In this document: one piece after another, positions 29,008-38,639 of the stretch | Layout: each line of letters opens with the position of its first letter | Numbering within the stretch: position 1 is the stretch's first letter | IMG/VR virus record: IMGVR_UViG_3300019487_000008 | Coordinates: 1 to 51,610 of that record | Strand: one strand, 5' to 3' | Origin: a virus | Length of the DNA stretch: 51,610 nt | Program-made: the position numbers and the translations under genes | The notes under the pieces: model-generated | Told to the model about the DNA's origin: nothing | The model's input: only the letters and a program-made list of their open reading frames with translations | Database searches by the model: none

Positions 29008-31371
29008 CTATTCGCCCTCGGGAACCACAGGCCAGGCCGGCCTCACCTGGGGGATGGGGACGCCGAAGCCGCCCACAGGCTGGAAGGGCTGGAATCGGGT
29101 GCGGAGGTCTTCCTGTTCGATCTCGCGCTTGGCGAAGGCCGCCATGCTGGCGTAGGCGGCGCGTCTGGTGGCTTGGGAGCTGGTGGGCTTGAGCCCTTCG
29201 GTGATGAGTTTCACTCGGGCAGGGGAGGTGAAGTAGCGGCCAGCGAGGCGCATTCCTGCCAGAGCAGCGACGCCCCCAGCGACCCCTTCGACGCCGAACA
29301 GGTTGGCGCCTGCGAACATCCCGGTTGCCGTGCCGCCGAAGACCGCACTGCGGATCAGGAAGGCGTAGGCACTGGCGGGGCGGGTCGAGTAGACCTCTTG
29401 CATGGCGTCGAGCAGGTCGTCCAGTTGGGCCGGTGTGACCACTTCAGCAGCCGGCTTGCCTGCCAGCTTCGCAGCCCGGCGGGCCTCGAAGTTGGCGATA
29501 TCCAAGGCAGCCGCCAAGCCCTCTCGCTTGAGTTTCACCCCAGTGAGCCCAGCTTGGCCAGCCTCCTTGGCTCCATAGAGAGCCTCCCGGATCACCCCGG
29601 CGTCGAACAACGGCGTGCCGGCCTCGGCCATGGTGCCTCTGGTGACCACGAAGCCCTTGGCAAAGGCATCGTCCAGGTGCTTGCGGACGGTGGCCCTGAA
29701 GTTCTGGCCTCCGATGAGTTTGTAGAGGTTCTCCAGTTGGCTGCGGTCGTCGAAGTTGGAGAGCACGGCCTTGAGGAGACTGATCTGCTTGTGGCCTTCG
29801 CCCACCCCAGCGTAGATGAGGGACGGGTCCACGTTTCTGATGGACTTGCCAGCCGGCGATCCGAGGAGGTCTTGGTATGCCTTGTAGTGGCGGCTCAGGT
29901 TCAGGTATTCGGACCTGACCCCAGGACTCGCGACTACATCCTTCCGGGCAGACGACAAAAGCCCGTGGACTCGCATCCCCGCCCCGGCGGCCGTGTCGTC
30001 TCCCATGGTCTTGGCGCGCTGGATCAGCATGTCCAGGCGGTTCCCGAGGAGTCTCTCTTCCTTGGGGGTGAAGTAGGGAGTCCCATCGCTGAGCCGCCGC
30101 GCTGACGCCTGCATCTTGTTGAGGAAGTTGTAAATCTCGTTGGTCGAGTAGACCGGCTCCAGCTTCTCGGTCTCCCGGATGATTTCGCTCACCGATTCGC
30201 TGATGCGACTGGAGGATTGTTCGAGGATTTCTCGCTGTTCCTGGGCGCCGATCTCTTGGATCAGGCCCAGTTCTCGCTGGGTGGAGACCTCAAGGGTGGT
30301 GGGGCCGAAGGGAGTCACCTCTCGCGCGGCTCCCTCGCCTTCGGTCACAGCGCCAGTGCGGGTGGTGCTTCCGAGAGACTGGCCCCTGGCCGCTCGCCGG
30401 GAGGTGCCGGTGATTTCGCTGGCGGTTTGGCCTGCTGTGGTGGTGGTGCGCTCAGCTAGCGTGCGGGTGGTCGAGACGGCCTCCCGGCGCACCGGAGCCG
30501 TGGGGATGATGCCCACTTCCCTCTCCAGGATGTCTTGGATGCCGTCCACCACCCTGGCTTGGGGGATGTAGGCGCCGTCCGCGTCGAGAGCCCCGTAGAC
30601 CTCGCGGTAGCGCCGTTTGAACTGGTCGCGTTGCTTGCCAGTCATGCGGCGAAGGGTGCGGCTGATGTTGTGGACGGCACCAGACTCATCCACGAGGTCG
30701 CTCATCTGGACGAGGAGGCGATCCTTGTAGGATTCCAGGGCCTCCTCTGTGGCTCGTTGGCGCTTTCCGAAGGCGCTGCGGACCAGTGGGAACACACCCA
30801 AGGATGCCTGGGCCAGACGTGCCTGCTTGGAGCCTGCTTGGAGCAGCCCCGCCTTGATGCCGAGTCGCTTGAGTCGCTCGGCAGACTCGACGACCTTCTC
30901 AGTGACTCCCACCAGGGGGCGCTTCAGGGCCTTGCCAGCGACCCCCACCCCTTGGAAGGCTGCTTCGAAGGCTGCGTCCTGAGCCATGCCGCGGCCGGCC
31001 GTCTCGAAGGCTTCCCCCACTGTGGGAGGCGCTGTGCCTTCAGGGAGTTTCCCCTCAGCCTCCAGAGCCATGGCATCGAGGTCTTTTTTCAGCCCTAGGA
31101 CGGCGCCTCCGAGGATGGCACCACCGATTGCCCCCGGCGGGCCGGCTGCTGCGCCGCCGATGATTGCGCCTCCCACGTTTCCAGCCAGTTGAAACTTGCT
31201 GCGCTTCGAGGCAAGGGTGCTACGGGCCCCCTCGACGCGGGCGCGTTTCTGGAGGGCGATGTCGCTTCGGATGCCCTCCAGTTCTTGGGCGGTGGGCCCG
31301 GCAGCCGGGTCGGCGATGTCGTATTCCAGCGCGCCCAGCTCAGGGTCTTGGAGTCGGAACGGTCCCGGCAT
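29008..31371 (-). CDS. large virion-internal/ejection (or tape-measure-like) protein
   Basis: 787 aa. Glycine-zipper segment NVGGAIIGGAAAGPPGAIGGAILGGAVLG. Long helical regions. Assignment by position in the late operon. Confidence 0.5.
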   Translation of the reverse strand: MPGPFRLQDPELGALEYDIADPAAGPTAQELEGIRSDIALQKRARVEGARSTLASKRSKFQLAGNVGGAIIGGAAAGPPGAIGGAILGGAVLGLKKDLDAMALEAEGKLPEGTAPPTVGEAFETAGRGMAQDAAFEAAFQGVGVAGKALKRPLVGVTEKVVESAERLKRLGIKAGLLQAGSKQARLAQASLGVFPLVRSAFGKRQRATEEALESYKDRLLVQMSDLVDESGAVHNISRTLRRMTGKQRDQFKRRYREVYGALDADGAYIPQARVVDGIQDILEREVGIIPTAPVRREAVSTTRTLAERTTTTAGQTASEITGTSRRAARGQSLGSTTRTGAVTEGEGAAREVTPFGPTTLEVSTQRELGLIQEIGAQEQREILEQSSSRISESVSEIIRETEKLEPVYSTNEIYNFLNKMQASARRLSDGTPYFTPKEERLLGNRLDMLIQRAKTMGDDTAAGAGMRVHGLLSSARKDVVASPGVRSEYLNLSRHYKAYQDLLGSPAGKSIRNVDPSLIYAGVGEGHKQISLLKAVLSNFDDRSQLENLYKLIGGQNFRATVRKHLDDAFAKGFVVTRGTMAEAGTPLFDAGVIREALYGAKEAGQAGLTGVKLKREGLAAALDIANFEARRAAKLAGKPAAEVVTPAQLDDLLDAMQEVYSTRPASAYAFLIRSAVFGGTATGMFAGANLFGVEGVAGGVAALAGMRLAGRYFTSPARVKLITEGLKPTSSQATRRAAYASMAAFAKREIEQEDLRTRFQPFQPVGGFGVPIPQVRPAWPVVPEGE

Positions 31372-33110
31372 CAGGGAGCCCCACCCTGGAGGCTGCGGTT
31401 GGTGAGTTCCTCGATGGTGGGCAGCTTCTCATCAGGGTTGGGGTTGACAGGGCGCCCACGCAGTGCAGCCGGGGCCTCAGGGGGCGTAGCCGGAGTGCGC
31501 CCAGGGACGGTGAACGGAGCCAGTTGCGCCTCAGGACCGACAGGCTGGCCCATTTCAGAGAGCTGGCGGGCTGCTTGGGTTTCGCTTGCGTTGAGTTGCT
31601 CGATCGTGGACTGGAGCCTGGAGCGGATCACGGCATCGGAGACGAGCGGGTTCCAAGTAAAGAGACCGAGCTGTTGGTTCATTCGTGCAATGTCGGCCAC
31701 AGCCGGGGAGCGGCCACCCTTGAGGCCACGGGCTGCGTTCCAGATCAGGATTCCTTGGATGGCCTCTAGCCTGGCATATGGATCGTCGCGACTCGCCCTA
31801 GCGTCGGGGAACAGTCGGGCGCGTACAGACTCCAGTCCGGGGTCGGCTGCGGCTGCCTCGTTGAATTGTCGTTTGGTCTCGTCGAGGGCCTCCTGAGTGG
31901 ATTCGGGGCCGCCGAGGTTCTGTTCGATTGCGCCGAGCATCTGCTGGGCTTTGTCCCTGATGGCGGGGACGCTTCGCAATGCGGGGTTCAGGAGGGCTCG
32001 CCCGACATCCTTCCTGAAGGCTCCCTCATAGCCAAGGCTCAGGGGCGAGGCGAGAATTGCCCGTAGCTGACCCTTGGACGCTACGGCGGCGTCGTACTGT
32101 TGTCGGGCGTCCCGGTAGGCCGGCGGGCGTTCCGGCGGCTTCGACACCAGGAATGCCTTGCCGGTGCCCTCGTCCACCTTGAGGTCCTTGCCCGCCAAGC
32201 GTGCGACAACCCCCATGTGGGCCTCGTAGCCCTCCTGGTCGCCGTCCGCCTGAGCCTCCCTGGCCGCTCGGAGGTTCTTGGCCAGACCCGTCTCAGAGCC
32301 ACCCTCCCGCTGAGTGGCGATGCTGGCCATGATCTGGGCGTTGAGTTTGTTCACCTCGGCCTGACCCATGGACCGAGCCAGCGCCTCGACTCGGAGTCTC
32401 GCCTCGGGTCCCAGCCTCACAGTCACGGCATCGAGAGCGCCTTTGATCTGGGCGGCTGCCGCGCGATCACCCTGCGCAGCCGCAAAGAAGTACGGCGCCA
32501 CAGCCTCGGCTTCCTTTTGGGTCTGGCTGTCGAGGTAGTCCCGGCGGTCGTCTTGGAGTTTCTGCTGGTCGATGATGAGCTGAGCCCGCTGGTAGGCGGT
32601 GAGGGCTGGCGGTGCCGGTCGCGTGGTGACCTGGCGCTGCGTGACCTCGTAGGGAGGCGGCGTCCCTCCGAAGGCGCGCTGGATCAGGGAGCCAACGGCG
32701 TTGGGCCCCTGTTGGATTTCAGTCACTTCCTGCTCGGTGGCGCCCCGCTGCACCCCACCACCACCGCTCACGATGTCCTGGATGCGGCTGGCGGCGTCCT
32801 GGGAGAGCTGGTTCTGGGGGGAGTCCACGTTGATGGGCCCAGTGCTCGGGACGGCTCGGGCTTGAGCCTCCTCAGAGCCGGCCTCCTCGGCGTCGAGCTG
32901 GTCGAGCTGGTTCTGGATCCGAGAGGCAGCGAGTTTGCGGCGGGCCTCTCGCACGATCTTGTTGGTGTCGAAGGCGGCCTCCAGGGCTGACTGCTGTTGG
33001 CCTGCCGCAGCCATGCGGAGTTTGTCTTGGAACTCTTCGGTGGCGCTGCGGGCCTCGACCCTCTGGAGCATGGACTCCAAGAGCTGTCGCTTCTGGCGGG
33101 GGTCAGCCAT
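31371..33110 (-). CDS. virion-internal/ejection protein, coiled-coil rich
   Basis: 579 aa. Gln/Ala/Glu-rich helical sequence. 1-nt overlap (TGATG) with the next gene. Confidence 0.45.
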   Translation of the reverse strand: MADPRQKRQLLESMLQRVEARSATEEFQDKLRMAAAGQQQSALEAAFDTNKIVREARRKLAASRIQNQLDQLDAEEAGSEEAQARAVPSTGPINVDSPQNQLSQDAASRIQDIVSGGGGVQRGATEQEVTEIQQGPNAVGSLIQRAFGGTPPPYEVTQRQVTTRPAPPALTAYQRAQLIIDQQKLQDDRRDYLDSQTQKEAEAVAPYFFAAAQGDRAAAAQIKGALDAVTVRLGPEARLRVEALARSMGQAEVNKLNAQIMASIATQREGGSETGLAKNLRAAREAQADGDQEGYEAHMGVVARLAGKDLKVDEGTGKAFLVSKPPERPPAYRDARQQYDAAVASKGQLRAILASPLSLGYEGAFRKDVGRALLNPALRSVPAIRDKAQQMLGAIEQNLGGPESTQEALDETKRQFNEAAAADPGLESVRARLFPDARASRDDPYARLEAIQGILIWNAARGLKGGRSPAVADIARMNQQLGLFTWNPLVSDAVIRSRLQSTIEQLNASETQAARQLSEMGQPVGPEAQLAPFTVPGRTPATPPEAPAALRGRPVNPNPDEKLPTIEELTNRSLQGGAP

Positions 33111-33113
33111 GGG

Positions 33114-34154
33114 TCAGTAGCCTGCACTCAGCCCGGAGCCGAGGTTCACGGTCCCGGCGTTGAAGTCGAGACCTTGAACGGAGGAGGCACCGCCGCCACC
33201 ACCCTGACTGATCGGCGCCCTGGTGTCGAACAGGCTCCCTGCTGACTGGCCCAGCCCAGTCCCCGCAGACCCGGCGAATGTGCTGGCGAGGGTCCGAAGG
33301 GTGGATTCGAGGGAACTCATCGTGGGTTGGCTCTGGATGATGGACTGCTGGGGCGCCAGGTTGAGAATCGCCCCCAAGCCCTGGAGGAAGTTGAACCCCG
33401 GCTGCTGCTGGCGTTCGGCGTTCTGCACCTGGGCCAGGATGTTGAGGAAGTCCGACCCGAAGGCGAGGGGCAGGGCCACCTGACTGGAACTGAGCAGGGC
33501 CGAGAGCGGAAGCCCTTGGAGCCGGCGCTGCGCTGCCGCCTCGTCAAGTCCGGTCTGGAGGGACCCGAGCTGAGTCTCCACGTCCCCTGCTGCCTGGGTG
33601 ATGGAGTTGAGGAAGTCGCTGGAGAAGCCCCCCGTGATGCCCGCGTACTGTTCGGCAATCCCCGGGATGGTTTCGCGCTTGAGCTGTCGGAGGGCCTGCT
33701 CCCTGATGGGGGAAATGTCGGTGCGGAACCCGGTGCGCGCCAGCTCCTCTGCGGCCGGCTGGAGGGTGTTTCTGAGGAAATCGGTAACAGAGCCCACATT
33801 TCCGAAGGTCTTTGCGACGAGATCCTCGACGTTCTCGACGAGTCCGTAGTCGCCGATGGGCTCCAGCAGGTCCCGAAGTTTGTTGAAGTCGCTGGGCTGG
33901 AACAGAGGGTCGGCGAACCCAAAGACCCCCGGCGCCACCATGACTCCGCCCCGCCCGGTCCCGGCGCCGATCCCGAACAGGTTGAGCAGGACGCCGGTGT
34001 AGGGGTTGGGGCCGAAGTAGATGTCGGCCTTCTTGGGCTTGCCGAAGATCGCGTCTGTGATGCCGGCTGTGGCAAGGCCAGTCAGGCCGGCCGCCGCCGG
34101 ACCCAGGAGGCTGGAAACCGCGTCTCCGCCGCCGCCACCGCCGCCGTAGCCCAT
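33114..34154 (-). CDS. Gly-rich virion-internal protein
   Basis: 346 aa. MGYGGGGGGGD N-terminus, hydrophobic Gly/Ala segment, GGGGG near the C-terminus. Confidence 0.45.
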   Translation of the reverse strand: MGYGGGGGGGDAVSSLLGPAAAGLTGLATAGITDAIFGKPKKADIYFGPNPYTGVLLNLFGIGAGTGRGGVMVAPGVFGFADPLFQPSDFNKLRDLLEPIGDYGLVENVEDLVAKTFGNVGSVTDFLRNTLQPAAEELARTGFRTDISPIREQALRQLKRETIPGIAEQYAGITGGFSSDFLNSITQAAGDVETQLGSLQTGLDEAAAQRRLQGLPLSALLSSSQVALPLAFGSDFLNILAQVQNAERQQQPGFNFLQGLGAILNLAPQQSIIQSQPTMSSLESTLRTLASTFAGSAGTGLGQSAGSLFDTRAPISQGGGGGASSVQGLDFNAGTVNLGSGLSAGY

Positions 34155-34228
34155 GGGGAGATTCTACCTCCTGTTGGGATCTCGCCACACCTGTGGGGGT
34201 TTCCACCCACCCACGACCCTAACCCCAG

Positions 34229-34606
34229 CTAATCGACCCGCCACCACTGGGTCCCGTTGTGGAGGACGGCGAGTCGATCGTACTGGGCCCCTAAGACTAC
34301 CGTGAGGGCTCCGTCGATGTTCTCGCCCGTCCGGCCTGAAACGGTGACCGCGTTGCCGCCGCCGTTGAGGCGCTTCACCCAGTAGACCTTTCGCTGGGCG
34401 TCGGCCACGAAAGGGAGGGTGACGGTGAAGGCCCCGCCAGTGGCATCGGCGAGTACGAGATCGTCCTCCAGGTCCATGGAGTAGGTGGCCGTCACAGTGC
34501 GGGTGTCCTGTTCGAGCGAAAATCGCCCCAGGGTGCGGATCGAATCGACGATGCTGAATGAGTCCCTGGGGTCGGGGGAGACCTCCTCAGAGCGGACGCG
34601 GCTCAT
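34229..34606 (-). CDS. hypothetical small tail-associated protein
   Basis: 125 aa from the internal ATG (the upstream part of the track ORF overlaps the previous gene). Beta-rich pattern ...AFTVTLP...VYWVKRLNGGGNAVTVSG... Confidence 0.4.
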   Translation of the reverse strand: MSRVRSEEVSPDPRDSFSIVDSIRTLGRFSLEQDTRTVTATYSMDLEDDLVLADATGGAFTVTLPFVADAQRKVYWVKRLNGGGNAVTVSGRTGENIDGALTVVLGAQYDRLAVLHNGTQWWRVD

Positions 34607-34724
34607 CGGATCAGACGCCTCCAGCAACGGCGGTGGTGGTGGTACAGGAGCCTCGGGTTGTTGAGGGGGTAGGTGATGATTTGGCGGTGCCACCACCGCA
34701 GAGGGCGTTTGCAGGTTTCGCAGG

Positions 34725-36527
34725 TCACAGGCGCTCCTGGGCAGGGATTTCCTGGTAGTCCAACTCCAGGGACCGCACCGCAACCGGCCCGGCTCCAGTG
34801 ACGGTAATACCCAGGTGTTGGCCGGTGGTGCGAAAGTGCCGACCTACCAGATGGACCTGGCCCTCGGTGCCTTGGTTGGTGGCGACAGTCCCAGCCTCGG
34901 AGGCAACGTCAGTTCGCACCCCCAAGGTGACCGAGGGCTGGCTTCGGTTCACGTACTCCAGGAGCACCCGATCGGCGGCCTTGAGGAATCGCGGTGAGGT
35001 CCCCGGGGTGAGGATCGACTCGTAGACCCAGGTGGGGTTGGCGCCGTCGTAGGTGGTGAAGCTGGGGTCGTGGATGTAGACGAAGCCGTTGGCTCGTCCG
35101 TGGACGAGAGAGCGGTGACCGAATCGGGCTCCGTAGTCCCCCCAGGAGCCTGCCACGCTGTCCCATGTATCGACCATGGCACTCCAAGCAGTCGCGGTCT
35201 GAAGCTGGGCTGTGAATTCTCCCCAGCAGGTGGCCTCGTAGGTGTCGAGGGACACCCGGTCGGAGCGCAAGTCGTAGGTCCAGACCTCAGAGACCTCGCT
35301 GGAGGCCGTGGGCTTGACGGAGATCCTCACGTTCTGGAGGCGCTGGTCGAAGGCGCAGTAGAGGCGCTGGAGGTTGTCGGTGTCGATGCGATTGTAGAAG
35401 GTCTCGCGCCACTTGTTCACGTCGGTGTTGCCCACCTGGGCGCGGCCGACCTCCTGGAAGCGGCCTGAGGCATCCACCAGGAACCACCCGTCCCGGAAGA
35501 TCCCGAAGTGGACGTTGGCGTCGATGGCACAGACCGCATTGGGTCCGAGGAGGCCCCGGTATTGGCTGATGAGCCGGGCCCGGTGGGGAGCCGCCACCTG
35601 GCCGCTGCGTTCCAGGAACACCACTCCGTCGCTGAAGTAGCAGGCCAGGAACGGCCCCAACGGAATCATCCTGAGCCCTTCCCCAGAGAGGGCCACGATA
35701 TCGAAGGCCCCTGCACCAGGGCCAGCGGGGTCTGGGTCTGCGGTGAACAAGGGAGTCCACCGGATGCGTTGGTGGCGCCGCGTCCCCGACTCGCTGGTGT
35801 TCAAAAAGAACACCCTGCCCTCCCAGGATGCCACCGAGAGGGCCTTGAAGGCACCGCCGAATTGGTTGGTCAGCTCTTCGTAGGTGTGGAGGCCGGTGCC
35901 GGCAGGGAAAACATACACATCATCCACGTTGTTGGTGTAGTCCATGCAGGGCTCAGCGATGGCCCCGGTGCCGGCTGTGCGGGCAGCGGCCCCACTAGGC
36001 AGGAAGCAGGACTGGGGCATGGAGCCGAAGTCGGCGCCGCCGTCCCGCCCACCTGTGGCCTCTGTACCCAGCCCAGCCGAGAAGGCGATCGGAGTCCATA
36101 GGCCAGTGACCGGGCTGATCCGGTAGAGCCTCTGGACGCCTCCGACCGCTGCGGTGACAGCAATGGGGGTGAGGTCGAACTCCCCGGTGCGCGCCCCGAC
36201 GGAGTTGGTCCTGAGCATCTCGGTGAGGTGGGTGACAGCGCCTCCGACGGCTGAGGGGAGCGCCGCCTCACCCAACGGGAGACGGGCCGTGTCCACCTGC
36301 ACGAACCCATCGGAGTTGACCAGAAACTCTCCCCCGCCTCGGCCGCCGCGAACCTGGAGGTTCTCCATTCGGCTGGCCGCGCCCAACGGCAGTGCTCCTA
36401 CCGGCAAGTCAGGGACGAACCCGAGCCACGGGGAAGCCGCCTGGGTGGCCTTGTAGGGGTTGAGCTGCCGAGCGAAGACCCTGGCTTGGAAACGGCGCTT
36501 GGCGTTGTCGGCGAGGCGGGTGGGCAT
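34725..36527 (-). CDS. large tail structural protein (nozzle/tubular-B-like by position)
   Basis: 600 aa from an ATG 5 nt after the upstream stop. No enzymatic motif. Function assigned by position only. Confidence 0.45.
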   Translation of the reverse strand: MPTRLADNAKRRFQARVFARQLNPYKATQAASPWLGFVPDLPVGALPLGAASRMENLQVRGGRGGGEFLVNSDGFVQVDTARLPLGEAALPSAVGGAVTHLTEMLRTNSVGARTGEFDLTPIAVTAAVGGVQRLYRISPVTGLWTPIAFSAGLGTEATGGRDGGADFGSMPQSCFLPSGAAARTAGTGAIAEPCMDYTNNVDDVYVFPAGTGLHTYEELTNQFGGAFKALSVASWEGRVFFLNTSESGTRRHQRIRWTPLFTADPDPAGPGAGAFDIVALSGEGLRMIPLGPFLACYFSDGVVFLERSGQVAAPHRARLISQYRGLLGPNAVCAIDANVHFGIFRDGWFLVDASGRFQEVGRAQVGNTDVNKWRETFYNRIDTDNLQRLYCAFDQRLQNVRISVKPTASSEVSEVWTYDLRSDRVSLDTYEATCWGEFTAQLQTATAWSAMVDTWDSVAGSWGDYGARFGHRSLVHGRANGFVYIHDPSFTTYDGANPTWVYESILTPGTSPRFLKAADRVLLEYVNRSQPSVTLGVRTDVASEAGTVATNQGTEGQVHLVGRHFRTTGQHLGITVTGAGPVAVRSLELDYQEIPAQERL

Positions 36528-36531
36528 GGGG

Positions 36532-37929
36532 TTAGTGTTGCTTGACCAGCTCGACCATGAGGGAGGCAGCCACGCTGCTGCACACAGCAGAGGCACCCCC
36601 GTGAGTCATGGAGAAGCCGGCGTCCTGGGCTTCGATTTCGTAGTTGAGGCTCGCACCGGGAGTGGGGTTGGTGTTCACATAGAACACCGGGACGGTGAGG
36701 TCTACGTTTCCAGCACTGGCAGCGACCTCATCGACGCTGGCTCCGCGCCGGATGACCTGGACATTGTTTTCGGTGATCTGCACCTGAACTCCGGTCACAT
36801 CTGCCACTCCAGCTTCGATGGCGCAAACGTCCCCGGTGACCTTCACGGCGTACCCAGGGCCCGGGACGGTCACAGTGAGGCTCACGAGTCCGGTGCCGGT
36901 GAAGGCGTCCGGGACTGCGGTGACCGCGGTACTCGTCCCATACCGGACGAAGTTCATGGCTTCGGGGATGCGGTTGATTGGCTTCTCGAACACTCCAGCG
37001 TGGTCGAAGGTACAGGTGGGAACGTCGTCAGTGTCGTCTTCCAGGATCAGGGTCATTGTGTCTACGTCGGCCGTGAAGGTGAACTGGAGGGTCTGGTAGG
37101 AGGTCGAAGAGGTGGTGGCAGACTGGTTGGCTGCGAGGCCAGTGGTTCGCATGGAGCAGGAGCCAGTGCCGCCGCCTTCCTCGTCCGCGCGAACGACCGC
37201 ATAGTAGAGGCCGCCGACCTTGAGGCCGGCGAGAACCTGAAGGATGCCTTCGTCTGCGGCGCCGACCGCTGAGAACGCAACTTCGTGACCCGCTCCCTCG
37301 CTGGTGTCTACGTCTTGGTGGGTGATGGCGCTGGGGGTGCCTGAGAGGGACCACCCGACCGGAGTGGCAGTCGCCGCGTCCACTTGGTCCTCGAAGTCCC
37401 CGTTGCGCAGGAGGTTGGTTCCGTAGAAGAAGGCCGGCCTGGCGGTAACCTCCTCCCAACGGATGTCCGTGCCGTCGTAGACTTGGAGTCGATTGATGTC
37501 GCCAGTGACGGTGGTGACTGGTGCTCCGCCGTCGGAGTCAACCCACAGGCGGCCGTCGCCCTGGCGTTCAAACGGCACCCCGTCTGTGAGGTTGCTCAGC
37601 CCCAAGGCGGTGTTGCCCTCCGTGCTGGGCTTGAAAGCGCCGACCGAAGGCATGTTGGCAGGGGTGGCGTCCTGGCGAAACACCCTGGCCGACCCCAGCC
37701 TGGCGAGTCCCGTGTCGGTCCCGTTGTCGTTGCCGAACTGCATCTCCACTTCGAGTCGGCGGCGGATCTGGTTCTTCAGCTCTCGGATGCGGTCGTCTCC
37801 TTCGCTCACAGGGTCGCCACTGGCGGGGGTGGACTCGAAGGTCCCACCAGCCCAGTCGAGGCCGAGCAGGTATCCCCCCAGGCCCAGAGTTGCCAAGGCT
37901 GCGATCAGCAGTTCTCGACGACGGCTCAT
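36532..37929 (-). CDS. tail fibre / receptor-binding protein with CBM-like jelly-roll segment
   Basis: 465 aa. N-terminal DDRIRELKNQIRRRLEVEMQF. NLLRNGDFEDQ...GWSL (CBM4_9-type pattern). Thr/Ser/Val-rich beta C-terminus. Confidence 0.55.
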   Translation of the reverse strand: MSRRRELLIAALATLGLGGYLLGLDWAGGTFESTPASGDPVSEGDDRIRELKNQIRRRLEVEMQFGNDNGTDTGLARLGSARVFRQDATPANMPSVGAFKPSTEGNTALGLSNLTDGVPFERQGDGRLWVDSDGGAPVTTVTGDINRLQVYDGTDIRWEEVTARPAFFYGTNLLRNGDFEDQVDAATATPVGWSLSGTPSAITHQDVDTSEGAGHEVAFSAVGAADEGILQVLAGLKVGGLYYAVVRADEEGGGTGSCSMRTTGLAANQSATTSSTSYQTLQFTFTADVDTMTLILEDDTDDVPTCTFDHAGVFEKPINRIPEAMNFVRYGTSTAVTAVPDAFTGTGLVSLTVTVPGPGYAVKVTGDVCAIEAGVADVTGVQVQITENNVQVIRRGASVDEVAASAGNVDLTVPVFYVNTNPTPGASLNYEIEAQDAGFSMTHGGASAVCSSVAASLMVELVKQH

Positions 37930-38633
37930 GCCATCACCTCACTTTCGTAGCGGCCTGGCTCGATCCCGGAGCCGGCCTGCTGACGAGTATCCATGGTGGC
38001 CAGGAAGCTGTGCCCGCCGGTGTCGTTGACGAGGGCTGCGAAGTCCTGCTTGGTTTGTTCGGCGATCTCCTTGTAGCCGAGGTCGCGCTGGGCTCGCCAG
38101 AGAGCACCCTGGAGAAGTATCTCGTCCCACATGAAAGGGAGGACTGTCACGTCTGTGTCGAGCGTGAGCAGAGCAGGCTGCCGGACGATTTCGAGGCTCA
38201 GGATGTTGCCGGCAGCGGTGGAGTCCGGGCCGGGGAAGATGTTGAGTTCCTCACCGCGGATGGCATAGAGGTTGGGGTTGGGCCCTGTGCGCGGGGTGCG
38301 GGACTGGTGCTGGGTGATGGATTCGTATGCCACGTCCACTCGGCGGGAGGTGAAGTTGAAGGCCGCTGCGGCCAAGTAGGTGACTTGGCGGATCCGGAGC
38401 AGCTTCAGGCCGAGGGCGGCCTCGGAAATCGGGTAGTTGAAGGTGTTGAGGATCAGGGTGATGTCCTGGCGCACCTGGACTTCGCGATGGTCGAAAACGT
38501 CTGGGTGGCTGATGTGACAGTAGGCCCAATTGAGCCAGCGGTCGAGATGAGTGTCTGTCAAGGCGGCGTCAGAGCGGTTTTCGAGCATGAAAACCAGCTC
38601 GTCTCGGAATTGGCTCAGTTGAATGGTGCCCAT
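37926..38633 (-). CDS. putative head-tail adaptor
   Basis: 235 aa. Pattern L..RW+NWAY..I...........Y.+P....L.++..V.Y...........P.+Y...G..L.+FP.P is typical of adaptor/connector proteins. Function assigned by position. Confidence 0.4.
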   Translation of the reverse strand: MGTIQLSQFRDELVFMLENRSDAALTDTHLDRWLNWAYCHISHPDVFDHREVQVRQDITLILNTFNYPISEAALGLKLLRIRQVTYLAAAAFNFTSRRVDVAYESITQHQSRTPRTGPNPNLYAIRGEELNIFPGPDSTAAGNILSLEIVRQPALLTLDTDVTVLPFMWDEILLQGALWRAQRDLGYKEIAEQTKQDFAALVNDTGGHSFLATMDTRQQAGSGIEPGRYESEVMA

Positions 38634-38639
38634 GGTTTT

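Noticed and set aside
28726-30105. 459-aa plus-strand ORF
   Set aside because: Antisense to the PurD-like gene and the 787-aa late gene, which are coupled to their operon. It has no SD and shadow-type composition. The same reasoning rejects 28286-29155, 30535-31098, 31189-31896, 32100-32990, 33327-34232, 36460-37272, 37890-39038, 42451-43284, 43826-44563, 44820-45911, 45787-46617 and 49537-50340.
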